Below, piece after piece: positions 12,093-25,412 of a stretch of DNA of 64,000 bases. Under the pieces are notes generated by a model. It searched no databases. It saw only the letters and a list, made by a program, of their open reading frames with translations, and had not been told where the DNA came from. This DNA comes from Octopus vulgaris. Its lineage: Eukaryota. The stretch spans positions 24,986,001-25,050,000 of the forward strand of contig OX597830.1 of assembly GCA_951406725.2 (NCBI GenBank), read 5' to 3'. Both the position numbers and the translations under genes were made by a program. Every line of letters begins with the position of its first letter. Within the stretch, counting starts at the first letter, position 1.

Positions 12093-12878
12093 TATCGAGT
12101 ATTATACAAAAGTTTATTAGTGAATACCCACCTGATGCTGTAGGTATTTTTCCTGAAAAAAAAAATTCTTTCTTGAGATAGAAAATAATCCCCAGACAAC
12201 ATACAGCATCAGATATAAAAGTTTTAACTGAAGCCTAGCGGAAATCAATCAGAGGGGGGAAAAGTGTCACTACTTGCCCAAGTTGCGTGGCACCTTGGGC
12301 AAATGCCTGCTACTATAGCCTTGGGACGACCAAAGCCTTATGAGTGGATTTGGTAGATGGAAACTGAAAGAAGCTAGTATATATTCTGATTCGACTATTT
12401 AATAAAGAATCAAAACATATTTCGTTAGGCCATCAATAACCGATGAATATCATTGATATATTTTCATCAAGGGGATAATACAAACGTACTTCAGTTAGGC
12501 GTAAGTGTCTGAAAAAAGCCATATTCTGAATTTTAAAACAAATAACGGTAGAGACTTATAATATCATAAACATCTATTCTATTATCATTTTGTCTGGTGT
12601 GAAAGTTTTCTAAGCCTTTTAGTATGGCACAAAGGATGATTTTATACTTAATTGGAAAAAAAAAGACAGAACTCTCGACCATTTTCAGGGCTCCCTGGAA
12701 TAAATAGAAGAAGGGGACTATTCTTGCAACTAAAGCACTTATCTTGGAAGTGTTAAATGGGGCGACTGATTGTGGTTATCACCTAAAATACACTTGCTTC
12801 GATAACGCAATAAAATGAGTGGTCGGTTCCTCAGACGAATAAACTCTACGATTTCTCCCGTTTTATTCCGCCAAAAGT

Positions 12879-12957
12879 CTGTGTGTGTGTTTGTGTGTGT
12901 GTGGATGTGTGCGAGTGTTTGCTTGTGTGTGTGTGTGTTTGTGTGAGAGTGTGTTTT

Positions 12958-12990
<33 letters not shown>

Positions 12991-13072
12991 GTGAGTATGT
13001 GTGTGTGAGTGAGTATTTGTGTGTATGTGTGTGAGTATGTGTGTGTGTGAGTGAGTGTTTGTGTGTGTGTGA

Positions 13073-13139
<67 letters not shown>
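12879..13139. repeat. Compound (TG)n microsatellite
   Basis: Direct reading. Confidence 0.95.
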
Positions 13140-13140
<1 letters not shown>

Positions 13141-13453
13141 ATACTATTTTGTTGAGAAATGGGAAAAACATGTCATTCATACATTTTCGACGAGGGGATA
13201 ATGAGTTGGGAAACATTTGAAAATTTATGAGGGAAAATTCTGCGCATGTGGTTCTCCACAGTACAGATGTACATGCGCGCACGTGTGTATGAATGAAGAT
13301 GCAGGTGTATTTATAAAATTTTCTTGTTTTCTGAAATGTTTCATCGAAAGATGCCTAAGATCAATCCTCATTTCATTATTTGGCAGAGGAAATTTTGGAA
13401 AGATTAAATTCGACAGGACTCTAATGTTTTTAACTCCACCTACAGACGCATTG

Positions 13454-13835
13454 TGGAGGCGCAATGGCCCTGTGGTTAGGGCAGCGGACTTGCAATCGTA
13501 GGATCGCGGTTTCGATTCCCAGACCGGGCATTGTGAGTGTTTATTGAGCGAAAACACCTAAAGCTTCACAAGGCTCCTGCAGGGGGGGGGGTGAACCCTG
13601 CTGTACTCTTTCACCACAACTTTCTCTCACTCTTTCTTCCTGTTTCTGTTGTACCTGTATTTCAAAGGGCCAACCTTGTCACACTCTGTGTCACGCTGAA
13701 TCTCCCCGAGAACTACGTTAAGGGTACACGTGTCTGTGGAGTGCTCAGCCACTTGCACGTTAATTTCACGAGCAAGCTGTTCCGTTGATCGTATCAGCTG
13801 GGACCCTCATCGTCGTAACCGACGGAGTGCTCCTA
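13454..13835 (+). mobile_element. SINE family C (tRNA-derived head; probably the octopus OR type), full length
   Basis: tggccctgtggttaggg A box, ggtttcgattcc B box; perfect 14-bp TSD ctacagacgcattg (13440-13453 / 13836-13849). Confidence 0.9.
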
Positions 13836-14235
13836 CTACAGACGCATTGGTCATATGAAATGATCGTATCATTCCCTCGACAAGAAACTCCGGTTAGCGA
13901 CCATAGAAAGATCAGCTCTGGCAATAACCCTTGTATGCAAACAGAAATCAGGAGAGAGTACGGCAAAGTGAATCAGAGTTGTTCAGAAGGAATTCATTGG
14001 AGATGTCTCCCAGGCTTTTAATTGTAGTCGAGGAAAAAAAAAGATAAGGAAATGAACCCACAGATTACCAAAACATGGTCAGAATGTCTTTGAACAAAAT
14101 GTAGCAGAAACAGTATATCCTGCATCATCTCGTTTCAGTCATAAAAAAAAAGAAAACTTGCCGACGTTTGCTCTCGTAATTTCCTCGTGGGTGAATGCAA
14201 CATAGTCACGTATACATATATGCAGTCACGCACAA

Positions 14236-14250
14236 ACACACACACACACA

Positions 14251-14288
<38 letters not shown>

Positions 14289-14505
14289 TACATACATACA
14301 TACATACATACATACATACATACATACATACGTACGTACGTACGTACGTACGTACGTACATACATACATACATACATACATACATACATACATACATACA
14401 TACATACATGCATACATACATACATGCATACGTACATACATATAGAAAGAAAGAAAGAAAAAAGAAAGAAAGAAAAAGGAAAGAAAGAAGAAAAAAAGAA
14501 AAAGG
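14236..14505. repeat. (CA)n-(TACA)n-(TACG)n-(GAAA)n compound microsatellite
   Basis: Direct reading. Confidence 0.95.
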
Positions 14506-15269
14506 CTGGTAACGAAAGAGACAGAAATAGGAATGATCATCAGAACAGGGTAACCCTAAACTACGAAGAAAGAGTGCAGTCTTTGCAACCTATATGTTAC
14601 AGTTTTCTGTCTCAGTGCAGTCACAAGACACGTGTTTTTTTGTCATTGTAGCTCCATACAAACCTTTTTTTTAAAGATTAATGTATTTGTATATTAATCA
14701 TTGTGTATAAGTATGTGTATATGAATTTGTATATGTATACGTACTTGTATATGTACATGAACTCTGTGTGTGTTTGTATATGTATAGTCTTACAACTACA
14801 TATATACTTTACTTGTAAAACCGTAAATCATTTATTATAGTCAGTCTAATGTGTATGTTTTGTGCATATGCAACAGCTGAATAAAACAAACAGTAGATTT
14901 CCCAGAAATCTAGTGACGGTTTGGTGCTGTTATTAGTTGAAAAGTGGAATAAATTGGTTTAGTGTGAGAATGAAGAGAAGTCTAGCGTTTCGGACAGAAC
15001 CATTCGTCGAAAAATGTTTTCTAATGATACCGAAAGAATAGATGAGGAAGTGTCATCTGAGAATTATGCTATCAATTAGCATCTTCTTATCTATTTATTT
15101 AGTACCACCAATGATCAGGTCTCTCTGGCGAAGTGTTCTAACTGAAACGTTGTACTTTCCTTCTTCACAGCAAATAAATGTATCCCATTTTTCAACCGCT
15201 AAATCAAACGTTCTTTGAGCTTTATAAAAAAAAGCCAAACTTTTTAAATGCGACTGCTGTTAAACTGAC

Positions 15270-15576
15270 ATTCCGTCGGTTCCAACTGATCCGATCAACA
15301 GAACTGCTTGCTCGTGAAATTTACGTGCAAGTGGCTGAGCAGTCCACAGACATGCGTAGTCTTAACATAGTTCTCAGAAAGATTCGGCGTGATACGGGAT
15401 ACTATTACAAGGCTGGCCCTTTGAAATACAAGTACTGCTCATATTTGTCAGCTGAGTGGAATGCAGCAACTTGAAATAAAGTGTCTTGCTCAAGGATACA
15501 ACTCGCTGCCAGGAACCGAACTCACGACCTCACGATCCTGAGCCAAATAACTTAACCATTAAACCACGCACCTTCA
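15270..15576 (-). mobile_element. SINE family D (tRNA head, gtgtccttgagcaagacact core, tail shared with family C)
   Basis: Reverse-complement head and core; 3' half matches family C. Confidence 0.8.
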
Positions 15577-16024
15577 CTACGACTGCTGTTGATGGTAGTT
15601 CAAATGCCAGTGTAACAACAACAGTAACAAATTCTACGATCCAGTATGGGAGCTTCTGTGTGGTAGCTCGACTCACTAGAAATAGTAACCAAATTTGGGG
15701 AGATACAACTAATTGTCTTAGTAGTTCCTTCTAGAAAGCGATGAGGTGGTAACTGCAGGAACCTTTACAGGCAGACTTGGGGCTAAAGAACAATTACTTC
15801 TTTATCAAATACACCCCCACCAAACAAATTGTAACAAAATATCCCCAGACTTCGCCTTTTGCTTTCCACACCCAGCTACCACAACCAATTGGTAAACAAT
15901 TCCCTAACTTTCCTTGGATCATTTACCTATTAATATCTCAATAAACTCGAATTTTTAGAATTAAACAGCGCTACAATCGCCTTTAGAGGCACAGGAATAC
16001 ATATGTCCAAAGTTACAGATACAT

Positions 16025-16217
16025 AGGCGCAGGAGTGGCTGTATGGTATAGGCACAGGAGTGACAGTGTGGTAAGTAGCTTGCTTACCAACCACATAGTT
16101 CCGGGTTCAGTCCCACTGTGTGGCACCTTGTGCGAGTGTCTTCTACTATAGCCTCGGGCCGACTAAAACCTTGTGAGTGGATTTGGTAGACGGAAACTGA
16201 AAGAAGCCCGTCGTATA

Positions 16218-16265
<48 letters not shown>

Positions 16266-16520
16266 CATATATATATATACATACATATATACATACATAC
16301 ATATATATATGTATGTATATGTTTGTGTGTCTGTGTTTGTCCCCCCAACAACGCTTGACAGCAGATGCTGCTGTGTTTACGTCCACGTCAGTTAGGCATG
16401 AGAGAACGATAGTAGAATAAGTATTAGGCTCACAAAGAATAAGTCCTGGGGTCGATTTGCTCGACTAAAGGTGGTGCTCCAGCATGACCGCAGTCAAATG
16501 ACTGAAACAAATAAAAGAAC
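16025..16520 (+). mobile_element. SINE family B with duplicated head start
   Basis: aggcgcaggagtggctgtatggt followed by aggcacaggagtgacagtgtggtaag, then the full body. Confidence 0.9.
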
Positions 16521-16795
16521 ACATCTAAAAAAGGAAAGAAAAAAAGAAAAAAACAGAAACATATTCCACAAGGCAACATAAGAAAAATTATAACCCAGTT
16601 ACACAGCAGAAATAATTAACCTCATAAAAATCAGACACAATACACCAAAACCACACATAACCGAAATAAAACTCTGCTGGAAGCAACTAAATAAGGAAAT
16701 AACAAACAGTATCAACCATAGAAAAACAGAAAATTGGCAAGAATTTGTATCCAATATATATGATAGAGCTAACAGTAAAACAGAGCAATTAGTAA

Positions 16796-16827
<32 letters not shown>

Positions 16828-17190
16828 ACAACAACAACAACAACAACAGCCACACCACACCCTGTGTCACAATAATAATCTTAATATATTCACGCTGCAA
16901 CACCAAATTGGTACTTTTATCAAACATTTCACGAAAATCAGTCACCACAAAGACATTCAACGAAAGAAAAGCGTGCACTCTGCACCTAGATCACGATTTT
17001 CAACTCCTTTCTTCCATCAGATTCCCTGGAATTCAAGAGGGAAATCTAAATATTTAAGTCAGATATAATAACAAACATATATATAATAACAAACATACAC
17101 TTGAAACACATATGGCCTAAAAGAATCGCTGGACTCACCATGACCAATATATACAGCTATTTGCATCAACGTTGTCAAATACCAAGAACT

Positions 17191-17405
17191 TTAAAGCGGT
17201 GAGATGGAAGAATCGTTAGCGCATCAGCCACAATGCCTAGCGGCATTTCGTCTGTCTTTACGTTCTAGATTTAAATGCTGCCGGGGTTCACTTTGCCTTT
17301 CGTCCTTTTGGAGTCGATAAAAAAAATACCAGTTGAGCACTGGGATCGATGGGATCGACTTAGCACTTATCTCGAAATTGCTGGCCTTGTGCCAAAATTT
17401 GAAAC
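17191..17405 (+). mobile_element. SINE family A
   Basis: 15-bp TSD caaataccaagaact (17176-17190 / 17406-17420). Confidence 0.9.
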
Positions 17406-17479
17406 CAAATACCAAGAACTGGGAAGTGGGTAAAATTACAACAATTCGAAAGCCCAACAACAACAACAATTCTACAAAG

Positions 17480-17865
17480 GTTAATCCTAGACAGTACTAA
17501 TCCATGTATGTCCCTTTCCAAATCCCAATATGGATCCAGACCACTACACACAATCATCACACTGCTAACAAGACCAACGGAGATAATACACGATGGTTTT
17601 AATAAAAAAATAACTCCCGAACATTCCATATTAATTAAGATCGACATCAATAAAGCTTCTGACTCCACTTCCTGCTATTCACTTGTACAGAAAATGATTA
17701 ACACCACCTTAAAAAAAACAATGATAGCACAGGCTCGTAAACTACTATCAGATCATCAAGCCTATATAATGTACAATAAAACTTCTTTTGGAACCTGCAA
17801 TTTGCAGATAAGAGTTTCGTAAAGACCTGCTCTTTTACCCAGTCTTTTCAACATATATCTACACT
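17480..17865 (+). mobile_element. Decayed Jockey/I-group LINE reverse transcriptase fragment
   Basis: QYGSRPLHT...GFNKK...IDINKASD...LLPSLFNIY matches the QxGFRP / DxxKAFD / LSPxLFNxY RT motifs. Confidence 0.7.
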
Positions 17866-18428
17866 TCACAACGATTGCAACCCGGGTTAAATCACCGAGA
17901 AAATTAGCGGCTCAACAACAAGCTAGCAGATTGACTCCTTTGCACCTCTGAGGCGACAACCCTCCAACCTATGGGTCTGTTTGAGTAGAAAGTTTTACGA
18001 GGTCGTAGTGCAAATCCTACCTCAACTTCCTTTAGTCGCCTCTTACGACACGCAGAGGAAACATTGAGTCTATTCTTTGACAGGCCAGTCGCGAAATGTT
18101 TTTCTTCACGAGAGTTCCGGACCCCAGTAATGAACTCATTTGCATACAGCCAATCAGAGTCCACCTTGGCCTTGTTATCAAGTTAACAAATACACTCTCC
18201 CAAATAAACTCAAGACGAAGAACGGTGTTGTAAGACGACCGATCGCTAAGTTATGCCTTTACGTGGGAAAAAAATTTCGCAGGCTGGTCCCCACACAGGA
18301 ATTACGATAATCACTTTCGTTAGCTCACACTTGTTCCTGCTATAACTAATCGTACACCTAGAGTTATATAACAGCGTGACATCCTACAGCATTCTCAGAG
18401 ACATTTGAATGAAACCCTTTATGTATAT

Positions 18429-18501
<73 letters not shown>

Positions 18502-18587
18502 GTCTTTGTGTATGCGCGCGCGTATAATGGTACAAATAATTGCACAGAGTGACAAATTAATTAGAATAGGTAAAACAAGTTCTTCTA

Positions 18588-19002
18588 AGAGTAATATTAG
18601 CAGGTATAATTAGAGGATTTATTGTAGGTCGAGAAGGGGCTATATTAAGAATGGTTTGTCATGGGTTATGCTCATCAGGGCTGTTTTGTGTAGGTTATTT
18701 AACTTATGAATGAGTTAATAGTCGAAAGTTGTTTTTATGAAGAGGAATAATTAATTATAATCTTATGATAAAGTTATTAATATTTTTATTGTGTGTTTGT
18801 AATATGGGGGCTCCTCCATTTGTTAATTTAATTCGGGAGGTAATATTAAATTATATATATATTGTTTTTTTATTGTAATGATAGTGTTTTAGGAGTGTTA
18901 TATAACTTAATTTTTTCATGTTAGAGTTGAACATAGTCAGATGATGAGTTTTATAAAAGTGATAAGGGTTAGTGAAAGAAATGACATATTATTCCTTCAT
19001 TA
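18588..19002 (+). pseudogene. nad4: NUMT: fragment of mitochondrial NADH dehydrogenase subunit 4
   Basis: In the invertebrate mitochondrial code it reads VMLAGMISGFIVGREGAMLSMVCHGLCSSGLFCVGYLTYEWVNSRKLFLWSG...CNMGAPPFVNLIREVML and, after frameshifts, ...LFLH. HGLCSSGLF and NMxAPP are ND4 signatures; TGA=Trp is used twice. Confidence 0.92.
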
Positions 19003-19019
19003 ATATTTATTGGATGTCA

Positions 19020-19416
19020 AGGCAGTGAGCTGGCAGAAACGTTAGCATTCCGGACGAAATGTTTAGCGGTATTTCGTCTGCCGCAGTATTCTGAGTTCAA
19101 ATTCCGCCGAGGTCAACTTTGCCTTTCATCCTTTCGGGGTCGATTAAATAAGTACCAGTTACGCACTCGGGTCGATGTAATCGACTTAATCCGTTCGTAT
19201 GTCCTTGTTTGTCCCCTCTGTGTTTAACCCCTTGTGGGTAGTAAAGAAATAGGTATTTCGTCTGTCTTTACGTTCTGAGTTCAAACTCCGCCGAGGTCGA
19301 CTTTGCCTTTCATCCTTTCGAAGTCGATAAATTAAATACCTGTTGCGTACTGGGGTCGATCTAATCGACTGGTCCCCTCCCCAGAAATTTTGGGCCTTGT
19401 GTCTAGAGTAGAAAAG
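19020..19416 (+). mobile_element. Dimeric SINE A
   Basis: Two family A bodies joined by the ...ccccttgtgggtagtaaagaaata linker; 18-bp TSD aatatttattKgatgtca (19002-19019 / 19417-19434). Confidence 0.92.
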
Positions 19417-20230
19417 AATATTTATTTGATGTCAGAATAGAGCACTTGGAAACTGAAAGCAGGAAATTGTATGCAGAAAGCAAGAGATGTCATCACTAAA
19501 CCCCTGTGGCTGTTGTTCGGAGTCACTTTCAATGCCCTCAGTGTCACAGGATCTGCCTATCTCTTATCGGTCTTGTTAACCACTTCCACTCCTACGAGTT
19601 ATCGCAAGCAGTAGAAGCTAACTAAAAACTTCGCCAACTGTTACACCGAGTGTCAGGTTCCCAAAACTTTGAAAAGCGACAAAGTGAATCTTCAACTTGG
19701 ATAAAATCTTCTACATGAAGTGTGTATGTGTGCGCGTGCGGGTGTGCGTACTTTTTGTATTTGTCATTGTCTTCTCGCAATAGCTTAGCAACCGTGATGA
19801 TTTGTTTACGCCTCTATATTTTGGCGGTTCAGCAAAGAAGTCCGATCAAAATATATAGAGGGATCGATCTATTCGGCGAAACCCTTCAAAGCAATTCCCC
19901 AGCATTGCCGTAGGCCAATGACTGAAGCAGATAAAAGATACGTGTGTGTGTGAGAGAGTGTGTATAAGTGTGTTTGTATGCGTGCGTGTGTATGTGCAAG
20001 TTGATGGATGGATGTATACACATGTATGTTTACATACAAGTGCTCTAATATACATGCATACGTACATTTATACAGCTGTTGAAGCATACATACGTAGAGA
20101 ACTTTATGTTAATATTTATATTAAAGTTAAGGCGGGTATAAACAATTCGGGCGGAAACAAAAGAAAATCTTTCGCACAGTACAAATGAAAGAATTAAATA
20201 CATCCTTAATGTCAACGTATGTGTATATAT

Positions 20231-20261
<31 letters not shown>

Positions 20262-21099
20262 CATATACAAATGTAGCAATGTGCGAATGTCTGCGTTTTA
20301 AATGAAATCATTTCATCAGTTTCAAACAGACTGTCATCTCGAAATTTTTTGTACTTTTCACGATATCAGTCTAGGATTCTAATGATTTCTAAGATAGGCA
20401 GAAGGCCATAAATTTCGGGTGGGAGAAGACAGTCGATTTAATCGAATCTAGTATATCACTTGGTATTTTACTCTTATTGAACTCGGAGGGAAGAAAGTCA
20501 GTATTGACCCTGGCGACATTTGAACTCAGAACGTAAATGTACGAAATAACACATGGTAGTTGGCCTTGCTCTTTACCGATTTTTCCAATCCACACTACTT
20601 TACATATGAGTATGATAGTAAAATCTTTTACGCATTATCCATACTATTTAATTAACGCAGCGGTTGAGATAATTGTTTTCTATTGGTTCTTAATGAAATA
20701 TTTTTACTTTGACGACTTAAAAAAACAGTACTACTAATACTTATTATTGTTGTGCCACATTTATTTCAGAATTCGGTATATAGGGAGGGGTTTACTTTCT
20801 GATCAAAATTTTGGACAGACGACAAAAATATTCTCAGTAAAATTTGATTAAATTATTATCTCTATTTTATAATTTCGCAGTTATTATTAATTAAGAAAAG
20901 GAAAAAGAAACTTTCAAACTAAAACAAATACAAAGATAGCGAGCAAACCATGCTCATTACCGACAATGTTTGTGTTGATTCTTTGAAAATATATTTCTCC
21001 CCTTCCTTTCTCTTATTTTTATATTTATATAGATTAAACATAGATTAAAGTGAAAATTCCTGCACAAGTTTTTTGTTTTGTTTTGTTTATTATTTATCT

Positions 21100-21298
21100 T
21101 TTATCTTTTACTTGTTTCAGTCATTTGACTGCGGCCATGCTGGGGCACCGCCTTGAAAGGTTTTAGTCGAACAAATCGACCCCATGACTTTTTTTAAGCC
21201 TAGTACTTATTCTATCGGTCTGTTTTGCTGAACAGCTACCTTACGGGGACGTAAACACATTAACACCAGTTGTCAAACGGTGGTGATGGGAAACGCAA

Positions 21299-21357
<59 letters not shown>

Positions 21358-21520
21358 GATGGGCTTCTTTCAGTTTCCGTCTACCAAATCCACTCATAAG
21401 GGTTTGGTCGGTCCCAGGCTATAGTAGAAGACACTTGCTCTACGTGTCACGTAGTGGGTTTGAACCTGGAACCATGTGATTGGGAATCAAGTTTCTTATC
21501 ACACACCCACGCCTGTGCCA
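21100..21520 (-). mobile_element. SINE family B
   Basis: Full reverse-complement copy with internal (TA)n. Confidence 0.9.
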
Positions 21521-22009
21521 CTATAGCTATGCCTGCGACCGTTTGTACAATATTAAAAAGAAAGCGTAGTTAGAATAACAGTTTCTACTAATTTTTGATT
21601 CAATGGCAGATTGAATGAATAGTCCTCGATATTGCACAGCCAGTCTCTGTTCTATAACATACTTCACCAAAATAAACTAAATGCACATTTGAAAAAAAAA
21701 TTAACCTTAGTGAAATGAAATGTGAGATTTGCATATTAATCCCCAAATCCTGTTAATATTTCTTCTGTAATCGTTTGCTTAATCACTCCAAAGTTAATCA
21801 ACCAGTTTCTTTTTACATCGCATATTCCTCTTCTTCGCCCCCTTATCTCTTACCAAATAGGTGTTCTATACGGACAGCTTTGAAAACTGTTTTGGAAGCA
21901 GCTTAGAACACTTTTTTTAAAAAAAATTATATATTTATTTTTATTCTTAAAATTGTATCAAATTACTAAATGTTAATATTAATTATAACCCCCTTTCTAT
22001 TTTACACAA

Positions 22010-22063
22010 ACGCATACATACCTCATACATAGAATATATATACACACACGCACACATATATAT

Positions 22064-22103
<40 letters not shown>

Positions 22104-22149
22104 TATATATACATACATATTATATATATACATATATATACAAATATAA

Positions 22150-22180
<31 letters not shown>

Positions 22181-22302
22181 TACATATATACATACATATA
22201 CACACACACATATATATATATATACATATATACATACATATACATACATACACATATACATATACCTACACACACATACATACTCACACCTACATACATA
22301 TA
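22010..22302. repeat. (TA)/(CA)/(TACA) compound microsatellite
   Basis: Direct reading. Confidence 0.9.
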
Positions 22303-23422
22303 CGGGTCCTTCTAATTCTTATCACGCAAATACATTTAGGTGATAGAAATGCTTGAAACATAAATATACCTCACTTCCTCTCACTACAACTCTATCACCG
22401 CCCCATTTTTTTTTCTTTTCTTAAAATTGATCTCCAACCAAACTAAAAACACTTTCACTTGTTCTTTTAAACTTATCTACTCACACTATTTCTTTCTTTC
22501 TGTCTGTCCTTCTCTTTTTTTTTCTTCCTCTTCCTTCCAAAATATTATTGCTCTCTCAATGATTTTATTACAAGATAGCTTTTCGCCCACAGTAAATATT
22601 CTTAATGTATCAAGTAAAATATATTATTTGGGCGGTTCCCAGATGTTTCCTGGCATACATGTTTGATTCACAATTACCATCTTCTGTTACAGAATTTAGT
22701 ATCAGGTATCTTGCCTGGACTTAAAAACAATGTGCGACAGAACTATCAAAAGCTTAAGACTTCCAATTGACAAACGCCTAATTTCTCAAAACCTGACGGC
22801 ATCCACGGGTATATGGTAGGCTTGCTAAAAAGTTTTTAAACTTCAAAACTTCTCCATACAAGTTAGACAAAGTTTTCCCCGCCCAAATTAATTTTAACAA
22901 AATACTGCTATTGGATATATAAATATATAAATATATATATACACACACAGAAAAGAAGAAAATCAACAAGGGAAAGAAAAAAGGAATTCGATCATATTTG
23001 ATGTTTGTTTAATCTTGAAAATATCAATCTACAAGATTTGTTCCATCAGTTTCGTCCAATCACTTTTTATCTTTTATTTTTCCTTTATATTCTTCTTTTT
23101 TTTTTCTTAAATTTGGAATATTTTTTAAGTTTCTTTTCCAAATTTTCGCGTTTTCACCTGGGATTGACCACATTATACCGTGGTCAAATATTACCACTAA
23201 TAATATTTATAATTATAATTATATAATTATATTTAAAATTATATCAACCTTCTTGGATACATAGGATGTTTACGAATCGAAAATATTTTCCATGTGATTT
23301 GTGAATTATTTTTTGAACTGGATGGACTACCATCAATTTAAATTATAATTTGAATATTTTGTAACAAGAAGAAACTTCGAAATTATGGAATTTAATTTTG
23401 GAATTTAATTACACATGTTAAA

Positions 23423-23488
23423 ATGCAGCCTACCGGCTTCAGTATGCACGGGTATATCTACATTCTTTGGATTGCATGGTCATTATTG
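23423..23488 (+). CDS. Candidate first coding exon, signal-peptide-like (MQPTGFSMHGYIYILWIAWSLL)
   Basis: aaaATG context, 22 codons ending in a hydrophobic run, then a consensus phase-0 donor TTG|GTAAGT. It lies at the end of a TE-free stretch of about 1 kb. No downstream exon was identified. Confidence 0.45.
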
Positions 23489-23876
23489 GTAAGTAACTTA
23501 CACCATTTTCTTTTTTAGTTTTTAATTCTTCAGAATTTTTTTCTTTTTCTTTTTTGCTTTGTCGTTTGAATTTTTCGATTGGTTACAAGGATATTTCCCA
23601 AACTACAAGACATTGTTTAGTAGAGATTTCTTTGTATGTGCATGCGTGTATAACCGAATGTGGGGGAGAAAGAAAAGTTGCACCTGTTTGTGTACATGGA
23701 ATTGTGCGCGCGCGCGCATAAGTGTACGCGCACGCGTGGAGATTTTTTCTATTTGATATTTCTAAATGTCCTCATGTCGTCTAGCATTGATTTCTGTACC
23801 TGTAAGTGCACATCTATATGCACATATGTGTATGAGAAAGAGAGAGCAAGAATAAGGTTGTACCTCTTGGTACATT

Positions 23877-23907
<31 letters not shown>

Positions 23908-24619
23908 TTCTCTCTTTCCCTGTCTCTTTCTTTCTCTCTCTCCCTCTTTCCCCCCTCTCTCAAACACGCGCGTATGTGGAAGCATTAGATGGTTCTAATA
24001 CAACAGTGCAATGTGTAACCTTAATATGCAACCCGTTTGGCTATGCGTCGGTGGATTGACCTGTATGCGCTTCTGTGTGTATGTGTGCATGTGCGTATTA
24101 GAGTGTACCTGTTTGTACACACACGTGCATTCGTGTGCGTATTTCTCCGAAGCTGCGCACGCGCATCAACGGCTTTTCCTGACTTATAGCTGTAAAACAA
24201 ATATGCATTTCTACCATTGATACAAAACTAAACAATATTATGGAATGGAGGTCATCGTGGTGATGGCGGTGACGACGTTGGTGGTGGTGGTGGTGGTGGT
24301 GTTGATGCTGGTATCGATTTTCAAGTAGTCGACTGGTACTTGAGTTACTCGACCATCCGTTCACTTTAGCCTACAGGATGACAGGAAAAGAGTTACATCT
24401 CCACGATCTGCGCTCAAATCACGCGTCATAACGGCAAGATTTGGACACAGAACGTAGAGATATAACGGAATGTTAAGAAGTTGCTTAACTGACTCTACCT
24501 GATGAGGAGACAAATTGGCAGTAAATGACTGTCCTCTGTGATTGACAGCAACAAGTCCTTGCACCGTCTTTTGGTCGGAAATTACTTGGGTCATTCCTCA
24601 TCACCGACTATTTCACTAT

Positions 24620-25092
24620 ACACATGTACACACACTCACACATACACACGCATACACTTGCATGCATACGTACGTACACGCACAAGTACACTTGCATACA
24701 TACGTACGTACGTACGTGCAGACACACACACGTACACTTGCATACATACGTACGTACACGCACACGTACCTTTGCATACATACATACGTACGTACGTGCA
24801 CACCCACACACATGTACACTTGCATACATACGTACGTACACACACACATACACTTGCATATATACATACGTACACTTGCATACATACGTACGTATATACA
24901 CACACACACTTGTATACATACACACACACGTACACTTGCATACATACGTACGTACACATACACACACACATGCATTTGCATACATACGTACGTGCACACA
25001 AACACACACGTTCATTTGCATACATACGTACGTACACACGCACGCGTAAACTTGCAACGTACGTACGTACACACACATACACTTACATACGT

Positions 25093-25110
<18 letters not shown>
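24620..25110. repeat. Minisatellite with units of about 35-45 nt (tacacttgcatacatacgtacgtacacacacacg)
   Basis: The anchor (c/t)ttgcatac and close variants recur about 13 times. Confidence 0.85.
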
Positions 25111-25125
<15 letters not shown>

Positions 25126-25412
25126 CACACGCCCACACATGTATATATAGATGGTTAGATAGGTGTGCTTGTGTGTGTGCGCGCAAATACATATAGGTAT
25201 GTATTTGTATGTATATGTCTATATAGGTGTGTATTTGTGCTACGACTTTTGGGGAAAGACAGTTCCAGTGAATCGTAACTCTGTGAGTTGGTGTGTGCTT
25301 AAATGGATGTGCATGAGTAGATGCAGCTGCACTCGTTTTATAACTGGACATAGCACTTTAATATGATGCACTACAGCGTACTTTTTATACCATGTTCTTT
25401 TATTATTTTACT

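Noticed and set aside
13454-13530. tRNA gene
   Set aside because: It is the tRNA-derived head of a SINE: it continues into the SINE body and is flanked by a TSD. The same holds for the other tRNA-like heads.
12846-14651. Long ORFs rich in HT/YI/CV repeats
   Set aside because: Translations of (CA)n and (TACA)n microsatellites; the same applies to 24538-25351 and 27021-27757.
24620-25110. CRISPR-like repeat/spacer periodicity
   Set aside because: The spacers are simple-sequence variants rather than unique sequence; the context is eukaryotic and there are no cas genes.
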